Virus record (IMG/VR): IMGVR_UViG_3300025723_000029
Direction: 5' to 3' (one strand)
DNA: 20,000 bases
Source: an uncultured virus (IMG/VR IMGVR_UViG_3300025723_000029)
Lineage: Duplodnaviria; Heunggongvirae; Uroviricota; Caudoviricetes
Shown here: one piece after another, positions 1 through 7,875 of the stretch
Layout: each line of letters opens with the position of its first letter
Numbering within the stretch: the stretch's first letter is position 1
Notes under the pieces: model-generated
Databases searched by the model: none
Seen by the model: only the letters and a program-made list of their open reading frames with translations
What the model was told of the DNA's origin: nothing
Made by a program: the position numbers and the translations under genes

Positions 1-841
1 GTGTTGCCTGGCTGCCATTCATTATGATCTTGTACAATGCATCGTATTTTTGTTCAAAACTCAGTACCTCGGTATTTTGCCCAGTGAACCAATAGTTGTA
101 GCTCTTGTGACTGCCTCTATATCGGCTGTCAGGAAAATAGTCGCTCACCATCTTGGTTATCGAATACGGAGTGATCACAAAGGTCATGTGATAGGCAAAA
201 TCTCGCCGCAGATTGTCAAATCCCAGACTGACAGCCTGCACACTGACGTTGTACCAGGCTATGATGCCGTTGCTGGTGCTGGGTATGTTTTTTTGCGTGT
301 TGGCATCAATCTGCGCGGTTGCTTGCTGGCTGATGTATTCACTGCTGCGCATGATCTGATCAATGACCTGGATGATTTGTGTGCCGGCCTGTACGTCCCA
401 GTTTTGACTGTTGCTGCTTACTGCATCAGTTGTTGAATCTAGTGCTTGTCTGGCTGTGGCAGCGTTTTTGCCAGCGGTTTTTGATCGATCGGTACTGCCA
501 GCTTTCTTGACCTTGCTGCTGCCCAGTGCGATTGGATTGAATTGGAATTCATAAAAGTCAGCAATTTGATAGATGCCGTCTTTGACCAACTGGTTCTGAT
601 AGGTGTTAAGGGCTTCGGCCAGACCGGTAAAGGCATAGTTGGAATTGCCAGTGGGTGCCGACGTGGCTTTGGCTGGCGGTGATGCAGGATCAACTGCGGT
701 TGGTTGCTGTGGCTGTCGTACACCGGGTATCTTGAGATCAGCAGGTGTCTTGGGAGTCTCCAGCAACGGATTGCCCCGCTGTAGATAGGTGTTGGTGGCT
801 GTGATGTAGGCATTCTGTGGTTTGTTGGTGAGATCAGTCAT
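1..841 (-). CDS. Baseplate hub-like structural protein, C-terminal part (partial, runs off the left edge; not in the ORF track)
   Basis: Manual translation from ATG at 841 gives 280 open codons to the edge: MTDLTNKPQNAY...GLAEALNTYQNQLVKDGIYQIADFYEFQF...WYNVSVQAVSLGFDNLRRDFAYHMTFVITPY...HKSYNYWFTGQNTEVLSFEQKY. It starts 2 nt after the upstream TAG. Function inferred from position in the baseplate block and resemblance to large myovirus hub proteins. Confidence 0.7.
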   Translation of the reverse strand, partial: MTDLTNKPQNAYITATNTYLQRGNPLLETPKTPADLKIPGVRQPQQPTAVDPASPPAKATSAPTGNSNYAFTGLAEALNTYQNQLVKDGIYQIADFYEFQFNPIALGSSKVKKAGSTDRSKTAGKNAATARQALDSTTDAVSSNSQNWDVQAGTQIIQVIDQIMRSSEYISQQATAQIDANTQKNIPSTSNGIIAWYNVSVQAVSLGFDNLRRDFAYHMTFVITPYSITKMVSDYFPDSRYRGSHKSYNYWFTGQNTEVLSFEQKYDALYKIIMNGSQAT

Positions 842-843
842 GG

Positions 844-2454
844 CTAGTATATTCCAGGAGTGTCACTATAGGTTAAACTATTACCCGCATTAAATGTTCC
901 AAACTGTGTGATTTGCTGTTCAGCAGTTATAACTGTTGCTATAGTTGTGCTGGCATTGCCTGGTGGGGTTGTTGTTGTAACACGACCATCCTGTTTTGGA
1001 ACCAGACCAGCCTGCGCCGGTTTACCGATCAAGAGGTCCTTGACCGTGTTTCCGCTTAACTGGAAATTGTATGGCACTGTGCCGCGTGCCTGGGCAAAGG
1101 CCAGCTGACCCCTAGGCACACATTCCACATGATATTCGATGCCGCGACTGTTGGAACCCGGAGCCATGGTAAAAGTGATGTTGACCAGCTGGAACGGATA
1201 GATTTTTTGTACTATGGCCTGTTGACTGCCGTTGGTTCCCATGATGGGTGCCTGCAGATTGCCCTGTGCGTCATAGCCGTAGAATCGTATCACAAGACAA
1301 TACATGGCCTGTAGATAGTTTGGTGGTTGTATGGATATAGGAGCTTGTCCGGGTTTGTACAGCAGATTCTGTGCAGGATCATAGTCCCCGGTATTGTCGT
1401 ATCCATACAGTGCAGACACAGCCGAATACAAATTGCTGACCAAGGTCACACCGTTGGGTTCGGTGACCTTGAACTTGATACTGGTAGCAGTGTGAGCCAT
1501 TTGTGTGCCGCCCTGCGGAATCAAGGTGTGTATTTCAAGATCGTCCATGTAATAATCTAATGGAAAAAACTGATTACGAATGGGCAGGTTGTTGTTGGCA
1601 GCAGTGGCTCCTGTGGTCTGTACCGGTGCTCCGCCGCTTTGCATCAACAGGCTCCAGCCACCCACGTTACGATTTCCGCTCTTGATCAGATCATTGTATT
1701 GAGAATCGGTCATAAGATACCAGCTGAGCTGATAGGTGTAGCTGGCAAACTGATCCAGCACATTGGGCTGTGTGGGTATGCGTTGATTGGTATTGGACTG
1801 GAAGGCAAAGCGTATGATGTCCTGGGCCGAAGTACCAATACCATCACTGTTGGGGGCACCTTGGCCGGGCTGGCTGGCAGCGCTGGCCCGGAATTCGTTG
1901 CCAAGTATGGTATTAGCACCGACTCCACCAGGCAACAGGTTGTTCACTGTGGAAAAAGGCGGAGTGGCCTGACTCTGACTCAAACTCAGGCTCTGGTTGG
2001 CCGGCAAGCCCGATGTCAACAGGCGATTGTTGGTCCCCACAAACCGACTGGCCAGACCACCAATGCTGAACCCCTGGGCCGCAAGGCTGTTGTTGGCAAC
2101 AGTAACCACAGTGTTGGCAATCGTTTCTGCCCCCACAATTGAGGTCACTGGTGAGGTGAGAACTGGTGGATTTTGACTGATGGCTCCTTCGTCGCGAGCA
2201 TCTGCGGCCTCGACCACAATCTGGGCAGCACTGTCTTGTGGTTGGGCGGTTGCTGACAGCATTGCTGCAAAACCGAGTTGTCCGCCCTGTGCTACATATT
2301 GAGCATAGGCCTGTGCATTCAACGTGCCAGAGTAAGCACTAGAATAGGTGTCGTTGCCCAGTTGAATAGACGCCGAAATAGCCGCCATTTGTGCCAGCGA
2401 CAAAGACTGCCCTGGTACATAAGGTTCACCGCCAATCAAAATTTGTGTAGCCAT
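844..2454 (-). CDS. Baseplate hub-like structural protein, N-terminal part (536 aa)
   Basis: Start moved to ATG 2454 (MATQIL), 1 nt after the gp53-like stop. Low-complexity N-terminus, then NVLDQFASYTYQLSW...YYMDDLEI...IKFKVTEPNGVTL...LVIRFYGYDAQG. Baseplate gene context. Confidence 0.6.
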   Translation of the reverse strand: MATQILIGGEPYVPGQSLSLAQMAAISASIQLGNDTYSSAYSGTLNAQAYAQYVAQGGQLGFAAMLSATAQPQDSAAQIVVEAADARDEGAISQNPPVLTSPVTSIVGAETIANTVVTVANNSLAAQGFSIGGLASRFVGTNNRLLTSGLPANQSLSLSQSQATPPFSTVNNLLPGGVGANTILGNEFRASAASQPGQGAPNSDGIGTSAQDIIRFAFQSNTNQRIPTQPNVLDQFASYTYQLSWYLMTDSQYNDLIKSGNRNVGGWSLLMQSGGAPVQTTGATAANNNLPIRNQFFPLDYYMDDLEIHTLIPQGGTQMAHTATSIKFKVTEPNGVTLVSNLYSAVSALYGYDNTGDYDPAQNLLYKPGQAPISIQPPNYLQAMYCLVIRFYGYDAQGNLQAPIMGTNGSQQAIVQKIYPFQLVNITFTMAPGSNSRGIEYHVECVPRGQLAFAQARGTVPYNFQLSGNTVKDLLIGKPAQAGLVPKQDGRVTTTTPPGNASTTIATVITAEQQITQFGTFNAGNSLTYSDTPGIY

Positions 2455-2455
2455 G

Positions 2456-2758
2456 CTAGATCCCCAATACTGCCTGCAAGGTACTGATCTGTGGTAGATA
2501 GATGGACGTACCGGCTGCAAAATCCAAAGGCGGTGTTGTCAAGGTATTGGGATTTCGTTGATAAAACACCCACCACAAACGACTGTTGCTGTAAAGGTCA
2601 AATGCCAACAGATCGGGCCTGTACTGATAGGTAGCCGTGATAGCCCAGTAACGATCGTCCGACAACACCGGTATGGGCCGGTTGGTCATGGTATCTAGGA
2701 AAAATTGGCTGTAGCCCGTGGTAAAATACGGACTGGCAGCATCATAGGTGACGGACAT
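2456..2758 (-). CDS. gp53: Baseplate wedge subunit, T4 gp53-like (LysM-like)
   Basis: 100 aa with YQYRPDLLAFDLYSNSRLWWVF...N...DFAAGTSIYLP, the RPDxxAxxxYxxxxxWW pattern of gp53-like proteins. Start overlaps the upstream stop by 1 nt. Confidence 0.75.
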   Translation of the reverse strand: MSVTYDAASPYFTTGYSQFFLDTMTNRPIPVLSDDRYWAITATYQYRPDLLAFDLYSNSRLWWVFYQRNPNTLTTPPLDFAAGTSIYLPQISTLQAVLGI

Positions 2759-4590
2759 TACCAGAATCCTTTTGTGAGTTGGCTACCATTGGCAAAACTG
2801 TCTAGATTGAACACCTGGCTGACCTGTTGACGACTTTGTACCGGCAACAGGGTCAGCACTATTTCCATCTTGGTTGGCACATAGGTAGGGCTGTTGGTCA
2901 ATGGTTGTGCTACCGGAGGGCGCACATTCTGTGCCGCCCCCTTGGTCAAGAAAGCTGATGCTAACCGAGCCACTGAGGCCAAGGCCGGATTGACAGTATT
3001 GGTCTGGGCACGCAATTGGTTTTGCGGAAGATTTAGATTGTTGCTGCTGCCGGCACGTATGTAATCCACATCAGCTGGCAACGAGTAGTTGAACTGGCTG
3101 ACCAAGACCGGATGTTGGTTGAATTGAAATTCGCCCAGGCCGTTGAGATAGCAGATGGGTGGCGGTGATCCCAGGTGTGAGCTTTGCCCATAAAACATCT
3201 TGGTAACCGAACGGAAAAAGTGTATGACAGCCAGGAGATAATTGGCTTCTTGGGTGTTCTGTGCCGTGAATGCAGCGGTGACAGTTATGCTGTCAGTGTA
3301 ACTGTTCTGATAAAAATAACCACGATAGTTTGAATGTGTAAGGTCGTAGCTGTTGTAGTTGGCCTTGTAGCTGGTACTGATTGTGGGCGTGTAAGGAAAT
3401 ATGATGCCATTGGTGGCCCGAAGTGGCGACAGTATGCCCGAGGCAGCATCAGCTGCCGAATACAGATAATCGGCTCCGTTGGCCAGACTCAATCTCACAC
3501 GCCAGTCAGTGTTGTTCACGCTGCGGTTTGTGTTGTTGATTGCTGGTTGATTCTGTGCGTTTGCAGTGCCGGCTCTGATAGCCGACGGACCTGCATTGAG
3601 CTGGTCCCCGCCGTTGCCGGCCGTGAATGCTGTGGAATCAGTATTGCTGGAGGCCTGTGCAGCTGCTACAGCATCTGCACCGACCGGGGTGGCCGACGAC
3701 ACAAAATTGCTGACATCAGTGCCGCCGGAGGCCTGTGCAGATGCCACAGCATCTGCAACAACCGGAGCCGGTGTTCCAACGAAACTGCCAACGTCGGTGG
3801 TGTTGTTTTGATTGAGACTGGATAGACCGCTAAGTCCATATGTTACTGGTGCAGCCAAACTGACAGTGGTGATTTCACCAGCCGGTGTTCCAACGAAACT
3901 GCCAACGTCGGTGGCGTTTGTTTGTATTTGGTTAGCCGGAAGCGGAGCACTGGTACTGTAGATTTGCTCTTGTCCTTGTTGTGTGTCGTTGGCACCAACC
4001 GGGCTGGCAGAAGAAGCACTGCTGAATTGTGTAGTGGTTGTGGTTGTAGTAGTGTTTGGCGTAGTAGTTACTGTGGGAGTGCCCGGTAGTGTGGCAGATG
4101 CTGCAGCATCTGTTTGTGCATTCCATTGATCATACAGCTCTGCTCGTTGCGCTTGTAGTGTTGCACGCTGGTCTGCTGTTAGATTTGGAGTGCCGCCAAA
4201 AGCAACCGGAGCTAGCTGTCGATTAATTTTGTCAATTTGAGATGACGTAGCATTGATCTGTTCCTGTAGTGCCTTGCTTTCTGGGGTGGGCGTATCTACC
4301 CCTGCTATTATAGTTGTTGTTCCGCCCCCACTGGTTGTTATGGTCGTAGTGGTGGTGGTTTTGACACTAGATGCCGGGGGCTCGTTGTCAAAATTATCTG
4401 TGTTATTCACTCCAGACTTTTGTCCAACCCCTATCACCAAAGGTCCAATTTTTCCGTCTAGGCCTATTACATAAGTTCCAAAATCGGCCTCGGTGATTCC
4501 AGCTTGTTTTGCCGCCGCATCCTCGCTCAACCCGTCTTGGATTAGTTTATTAAATAACGCTGCTTTAGCCGGATCGTACCCTTGTGCCAT
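2758..4590 (-). CDS. Tail tube initiator/baseplate cap-like protein (T4 gp48/gp54-like C-terminal domain) with long Thr/Ala/Ser-rich N-terminal extension
   Basis: C-terminal ~250 aa: DWRVRLSL...GIIFPYTPTIS...THSNY...ITVTAAFTAQNTQEANYLLAVIHFFRSVTKMFYG...GSPPP...LVSQFNYSLPADVDYI...VPTKMEIVLTL. AGGA RBS and a CTAAATA box upstream. Confidence 0.6.
   Translation of the reverse strand: MAQGYDPAKAALFNKLIQDGLSEDAAAKQAGITEADFGTYVIGLDGKIGPLVIGVGQKSGVNNTDNFDNEPPASSVKTTTTTTITTSGGGTTTIIAGVDTPTPESKALQEQINATSSQIDKINRQLAPVAFGGTPNLTADQRATLQAQRAELYDQWNAQTDAAASATLPGTPTVTTTPNTTTTTTTTQFSSASSASPVGANDTQQGQEQIYSTSAPLPANQIQTNATDVGSFVGTPAGEITTVSLAAPVTYGLSGLSSLNQNNTTDVGSFVGTPAPVVADAVASAQASGGTDVSNFVSSATPVGADAVAAAQASSNTDSTAFTAGNGGDQLNAGPSAIRAGTANAQNQPAINNTNRSVNNTDWRVRLSLANGADYLYSAADAASGILSPLRATNGIIFPYTPTISTSYKANYNSYDLTHSNYRGYFYQNSYTDSITVTAAFTAQNTQEANYLLAVIHFFRSVTKMFYGQSSHLGSPPPICYLNGLGEFQFNQHPVLVSQFNYSLPADVDYIRAGSSNNLNLPQNQLRAQTNTVNPALASVARLASAFLTKGAAQNVRPPVAQPLTNSPTYVPTKMEIVLTLLPVQSRQQVSQVFNLDSFANGSQLTKGFW
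3649..3914. repeat. Intragenic coding direct repeats
   Basis: 35-nt perfect repeat at 3766-3800 and 3880-3914 (encodes TDVGSFVGTPA); 31-nt repeat with 2 mismatches at 3649-3679 and 3727-3757 (ADAVA[S/A]AQAS). Confidence 0.9.
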
Positions 4591-4608
4591 GATTGTTCCT
4601 GTATATGA

Positions 4609-4626
4609 TATTTAGCCAGCTAAATA
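4609..4626. promoter_or_regulatory. Palindromic back-to-back late-promoter-like boxes (TATTTAGC-CA-GCTAAATA)
   Basis: Perfect 8-bp inverted repeat; each arm reads CTAAATA outward, resembling the T4 late -10 box TATAAATA. Lies between divergent genes. Confidence 0.55.
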
Positions 4627-4649
4627 AACGGACCAGATAATGATAATGG

Positions 4650-4682
4650 TTGACATTCCTGCAATGTGTTGTAAAATAAATA
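4650..4682 (+). promoter_or_regulatory. Sigma70-type promoter overlapping a late-promoter-like box
   Basis: TTGACA 4650-4655, 16-nt spacer, TAAAAT 4672-4677; ATAAATA 4676-4682; AAGGAG RBS at 4689-4694. Confidence 0.6.
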
Positions 4683-4702
4683 CACTTCAAGGAGAATCGC
4701 AC

Positions 4703-5602
4703 GTGGCCACAACCACTTTCAAAACACCAGCAAAAATCAACTATCTCAACAATCGAGATATCTTAAAAGAAATACACCTGAGCAAGAACACCTACTGCAC
4801 ATATCTGGATCCGGTTGCCGATCATCAGTACGACATAATCTTGCCCACGGTATTGAAAATCAACCAAAGAACCGTGGCCGAAGCCAGACGCAATCGTGCT
4901 GACCGTATCAAGCGAGAAACTGGACAGGTCATCGATCCAGTCAAAATCGCCAACACTGATCTGGTGTTCAGGATCACCTGTTGGGAACACATACCCATGG
5001 CGCCCAAAAAAATACCCAAGGGTGCAACCAAAAAGAAAAAGATCCAAGACATATTCGAACTGGATGCCGTAGAAGAAGATCCCATCGCCGATCTGGTAGA
5101 TGATGCTGTGCTCAGCCCCAATCATGTGCGATTGAACTTTCCACCGTTTTATCACTACCGTATAGATGAAAATCGCGAGCCGTACCTGGTGGGCAAGAGC
5201 CACTGGCAGGGTGACCTGGTACACGGCGAATTCTGCAAGGATCACGGCAAAATGACCCGCACCTTGGCCAACATGTTCATGAAACTGTGTGAACGCTATG
5301 CCACCAGATCAAACTGGAGAGGTTATACCTACAACGAAGAAATGCGCGGCCAGGCCCTGTTGCAACTGAGCCAGATCGGCCTGCAGTTTGACGAAAGCAA
5401 GAGCCAGAATCCATTTGCCTACTACACTGCGGCCATCACCAATAGTTTTACCAGAATCCTGAATCTGGAAAAGAAAAATCAAAACATCCGAGACGATATC
5501 TTGGAAATGAACGGTCTCAATCCGTCATGGACTCGTCAGAATGCCGGACGCAGAAATCCAGACATGATTGCCGGAGAGGTCGTATTCATCACTGAAGAAT
5601 AG
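4703..5602 (+). CDS. gp55: Late transcription sigma factor, T4 gp55-like (299 aa)
   Basis: GTG start at 4703 behind AAGGAG. NYLNNRDIL N-terminal motif and KLCERYATRSNWRGYTYNEEM...FDESKSQNPFAYYT...NSFTRILNLEKK match gp55 patterns. Directly upstream of gp47/gp46 as in T4-like phages. Confidence 0.8.
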   Translation: MATTTFKTPAKINYLNNRDILKEIHLSKNTYCTYLDPVADHQYDIILPTVLKINQRTVAEARRNRADRIKRETGQVIDPVKIANTDLVFRITCWEHIPMAPKKIPKGATKKKKIQDIFELDAVEEDPIADLVDDAVLSPNHVRLNFPPFYHYRIDENREPYLVGKSHWQGDLVHGEFCKDHGKMTRTLANMFMKLCERYATRSNWRGYTYNEEMRGQALLQLSQIGLQFDESKSQNPFAYYTAAITNSFTRILNLEKKNQNIRDDILEMNGLNPSWTRQNAGRRNPDMIAGEVVFITEE

Positions 5603-5614
5603 TATACTAGCAGG

Positions 5615-6631
5615 ATGACAAATCTATTCCGTAAAGCAGCCATCTGTACTGACATACACTGGGGACTAAAAAGCAACAGCCTGATTCACAATCAGGACTG
5701 TGAAGCATTTGTTGATTGGTTCATAGACACAGCCCGGGCCCAAGGTTGCGAAACCGGCATGTTTCTAGGCGACTGGCATCATCATCGTGCCAGTATCAAT
5801 CTACAAACTTTGCACTTTAGCCTGCGTAGTTTACAAAAGCTCAGTGCAGCATTTGAACGCTTTTATTTTATTCCGGGCAATCACGATCTCTACTACCGAG
5901 ACCGGCGAGACATACACGGCGTGGAATGGGCCGAACACTTGCCCAATATTACTATAGTCAACGACTGGTTCAAATCCGGTGATGTGATCATAGCTCCCTG
6001 GTTGGTCGGCGACGATCACAAACGCATACCACGAATGTCAGCACAGTACATGTTTGGGCACTTTGAACTGCCGCACTTCAAGATGAATGCCATGGTCGAA
6101 ATGCCCGACCACGGCGAAGTTCGTGTGGACAGCTTTGGTGGCGTTGGGTCGGTGTTCAGTGGACATTTCCATCTTAGACAAAGCAAACGAAACATCAACT
6201 ACATTGGCAACTGTTTTCCACACAACTTTGCCGATGCTGGCGATGCTGACCGAGGCATGATGATCCTGGAATGGGGCCAACAGCCCGAGTATCGGGCTTG
6301 GCCCGATCAACCCCTGTATCGAGTCATGCGGTTGAGCGAGGTAATTGACCACGGTGCCAGCATACTGACTCCCAACATGCATGTGCGTGTGGAGCTGGAT
6401 ATCGACATCAGCTACGAAGAAGCATCGTTTATCAAGAACACATTTGTACAATCACACAATCTCAGAGAGATGGCCCTGATACCCAGCAAAAGAACCACAG
6501 TGGATCTAGACCTGGCGCCTGGCGAAGTACGATTCGAAAGCGTGGATCAGATCGTGACTGACCAGCTGACCAATATCGAAAGTGAATTTTACGATCCCAA
6601 GTTGTTATTAAAAATATATCAAAATCTATGA
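5615..6631 (+). CDS. gp47: Recombination endonuclease subunit, T4 gp47/SbcD/Mre11-like metallophosphoesterase
   Basis: Motifs DIHWG, GDWHH, GNHD, FGHFE, SGHFH; partner gp46 downstream. Confidence 0.92.
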   Translation: MTNLFRKAAICTDIHWGLKSNSLIHNQDCEAFVDWFIDTARAQGCETGMFLGDWHHHRASINLQTLHFSLRSLQKLSAAFERFYFIPGNHDLYYRDRRDIHGVEWAEHLPNITIVNDWFKSGDVIIAPWLVGDDHKRIPRMSAQYMFGHFELPHFKMNAMVEMPDHGEVRVDSFGGVGSVFSGHFHLRQSKRNINYIGNCFPHNFADAGDADRGMMILEWGQQPEYRAWPDQPLYRVMRLSEVIDHGASILTPNMHVRVELDIDISYEEASFIKNTFVQSHNLREMALIPSKRTTVDLDLAPGEVRFESVDQIVTDQLTNIESEFYDPKLLLKIYQNL

Positions 6632-6681
6632 AAAAAATTTTAGTATTTGGTGCAGGAGGATTCATTGTTGGAAAAAATTAA
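6628..6681 (+). pseudogene. 17-codon remnant of an NAD-dependent epimerase 5' end
   Basis: ATGA overlap with the gp47 stop; MKKILVFGAGGFIVGKN* versus MKKMLVLGAGGFIGSHL of the intact gene at 7876; 32 of the first 39 nt identical. Confidence 0.75.
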
Positions 6682-6698
6682 ATTATTAGAAAATACGT

Positions 6699-6721
6699 TT
6701 GATCTATTGTTAATAGATCAA
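6699..6721. promoter_or_regulatory. Perfect 10-bp inverted repeat (operator or hairpin)
   Basis: TTGATCTATT-GTT-AATAGATCAA; no U-tract follows. Confidence 0.5.
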
Positions 6722-6748
6722 GACTTCATCGAGCAGTCACATAACCAT

Positions 6749-6757
6749 TGGTATAAT
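6749..6757 (+). promoter_or_regulatory. Extended -10 promoter element for the accessory cassette
   Basis: TGGTATAAT (TGn + perfect TATAAT), 4 nt before ATG 6762. Confidence 0.45.
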
Positions 6758-6761
6758 TTAC

Positions 6762-7295
6762 ATGCTTGATATATCCACTATCAACATACTAGAAAAATAT
6801 TTTAAATTTGATCGAATATTTAATTTACTCAACTACCAAAGTGATATGTCAAGACTATACAATGACCTACTAAAATTAAAACAAGACCATTACGAATCAA
6901 ACTATCGATTTATATTTTTGCATTATGATACTGATTACTATGTTACCAACGATCAACCTGGACTAATGTTGCGTAATTTGCAGAGAATTTTAGTTAACCT
7001 AGATGTTTCAAATTATTTTTGTTTAATTTTAACTCAGCAAAATATAGAAAAAGAATTAGAAATTTTAAGACAACAAGAAACTACAGAGAATTGTGCTATT
7101 GCTAACATACAAAATTTCTTGCAAAATTTATTATGGTTTGATAAAGAAAATGTTGAATTAAATCCTAAGGCTATTACTTCAAAGTATCAATCGTTATGTA
7201 GAGTTCGTAGATCGCATCGTACTCTTTTATATTCATTGTTGCGCAATAAAAATCTAATAGATCATGGTATGGTAAGTTTTTGTAATAATAACTAA
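6762..7295 (+). CDS. Hypothetical protein, probable N-terminal half of a glycosyltransferase-like protein
   Basis: 177-aa AT-rich ORF ending YQSLCRVRRSHRTLLYSLL...GMVSF; 1 nt from the next ORF. Confidence 0.55.
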   Translation: MLDISTINILEKYFKFDRIFNLLNYQSDMSRLYNDLLKLKQDHYESNYRFIFLHYDTDYYVTNDQPGLMLRNLQRILVNLDVSNYFCLILTQQNIEKELEILRQQETTENCAIANIQNFLQNLLWFDKENVELNPKAITSKYQSLCRVRRSHRTLLYSLLRNKNLIDHGMVSFCNNN

Positions 7296-7296
7296 C

Positions 7297-7872
7297 ATGT
7301 ATCCAGAACATTTACATTTACTTTATATTGACAAACATGCCGGAATAAGAGACCGATTGCTTATCAACCACCCCTGGTTGGTTGATGCATTTAATCAAAT
7401 CTTGCCTAATCATTCTTTTAAAAATTTTAAAGATATCAGAAAAGAAAATTACGTATCTGGATCGACGGCGTTATCACAACAATCTTTTTTACACGTTATA
7501 ACAGAAACTGTGTTTGATTATCCAAATGTTTATGTTAGCGAAAAATCAATTAAACCAATAAGTTCTAAACGCCCGTTTGTAATTGCCGGAAGCACTGGGT
7601 GTTTAGCTAATCTTAAATCTATTGGATTTAAAACATTTGATCGCTATTGGAGTGAACATTATGACGCTGTGGATGACCCAGTGGATCGACTGTTAGCAGT
7701 TGTTAGCATAGTTGAATCAATTTGTAACAAGTCCGTGGCCGAATTAAAAGAAATGTGCATGGACATGCAAGATATATTAGATTATAATTTTAATTATTAT
7801 TACAACGAATTACACCAGCTTGAATTAAAAAACTTTGCCGCAGAATGTCAAAAAAATTTAGGAGTCAGATAG
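7297..7872 (+). CDS. Glycosyltransferase-like protein, C-terminal domain (GT10-like S/TEK motif)
   Basis: HVITETVF...YVSEKSIKPI...PFVIAG...LKSIGFKTF...YD resembles the E..Y.[ST]EK nucleotide-sugar binding motif; next to an epimerase. Function is inference. Confidence 0.5.
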   Translation: MYPEHLHLLYIDKHAGIRDRLLINHPWLVDAFNQILPNHSFKNFKDIRKENYVSGSTALSQQSFLHVITETVFDYPNVYVSEKSIKPISSKRPFVIAGSTGCLANLKSIGFKTFDRYWSEHYDAVDDPVDRLLAVVSIVESICNKSVAELKEMCMDMQDILDYNFNYYYNELHQLELKNFAAECQKNLGVR

Positions 7873-7875
7873 TAA

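Noticed and set aside
50..813. Track ORFs 50..436 (+) and 439..813 (-)
   Set aside because: Shadow frames of the real minus-strand gene starting at 841, which the track missed because it has no stop in the window.
844..846. Stop-codon reassignment or TAG readthrough joining the hub halves
   Set aside because: The downstream ORF is in a different frame, and other TAG stops are followed closely by the next gene; the standard code gives intact genes.
3649..3914. CRISPR-like 35-nt repeats
   Set aside because: Only two copies of each, in frame within a coding region, no cas genes.
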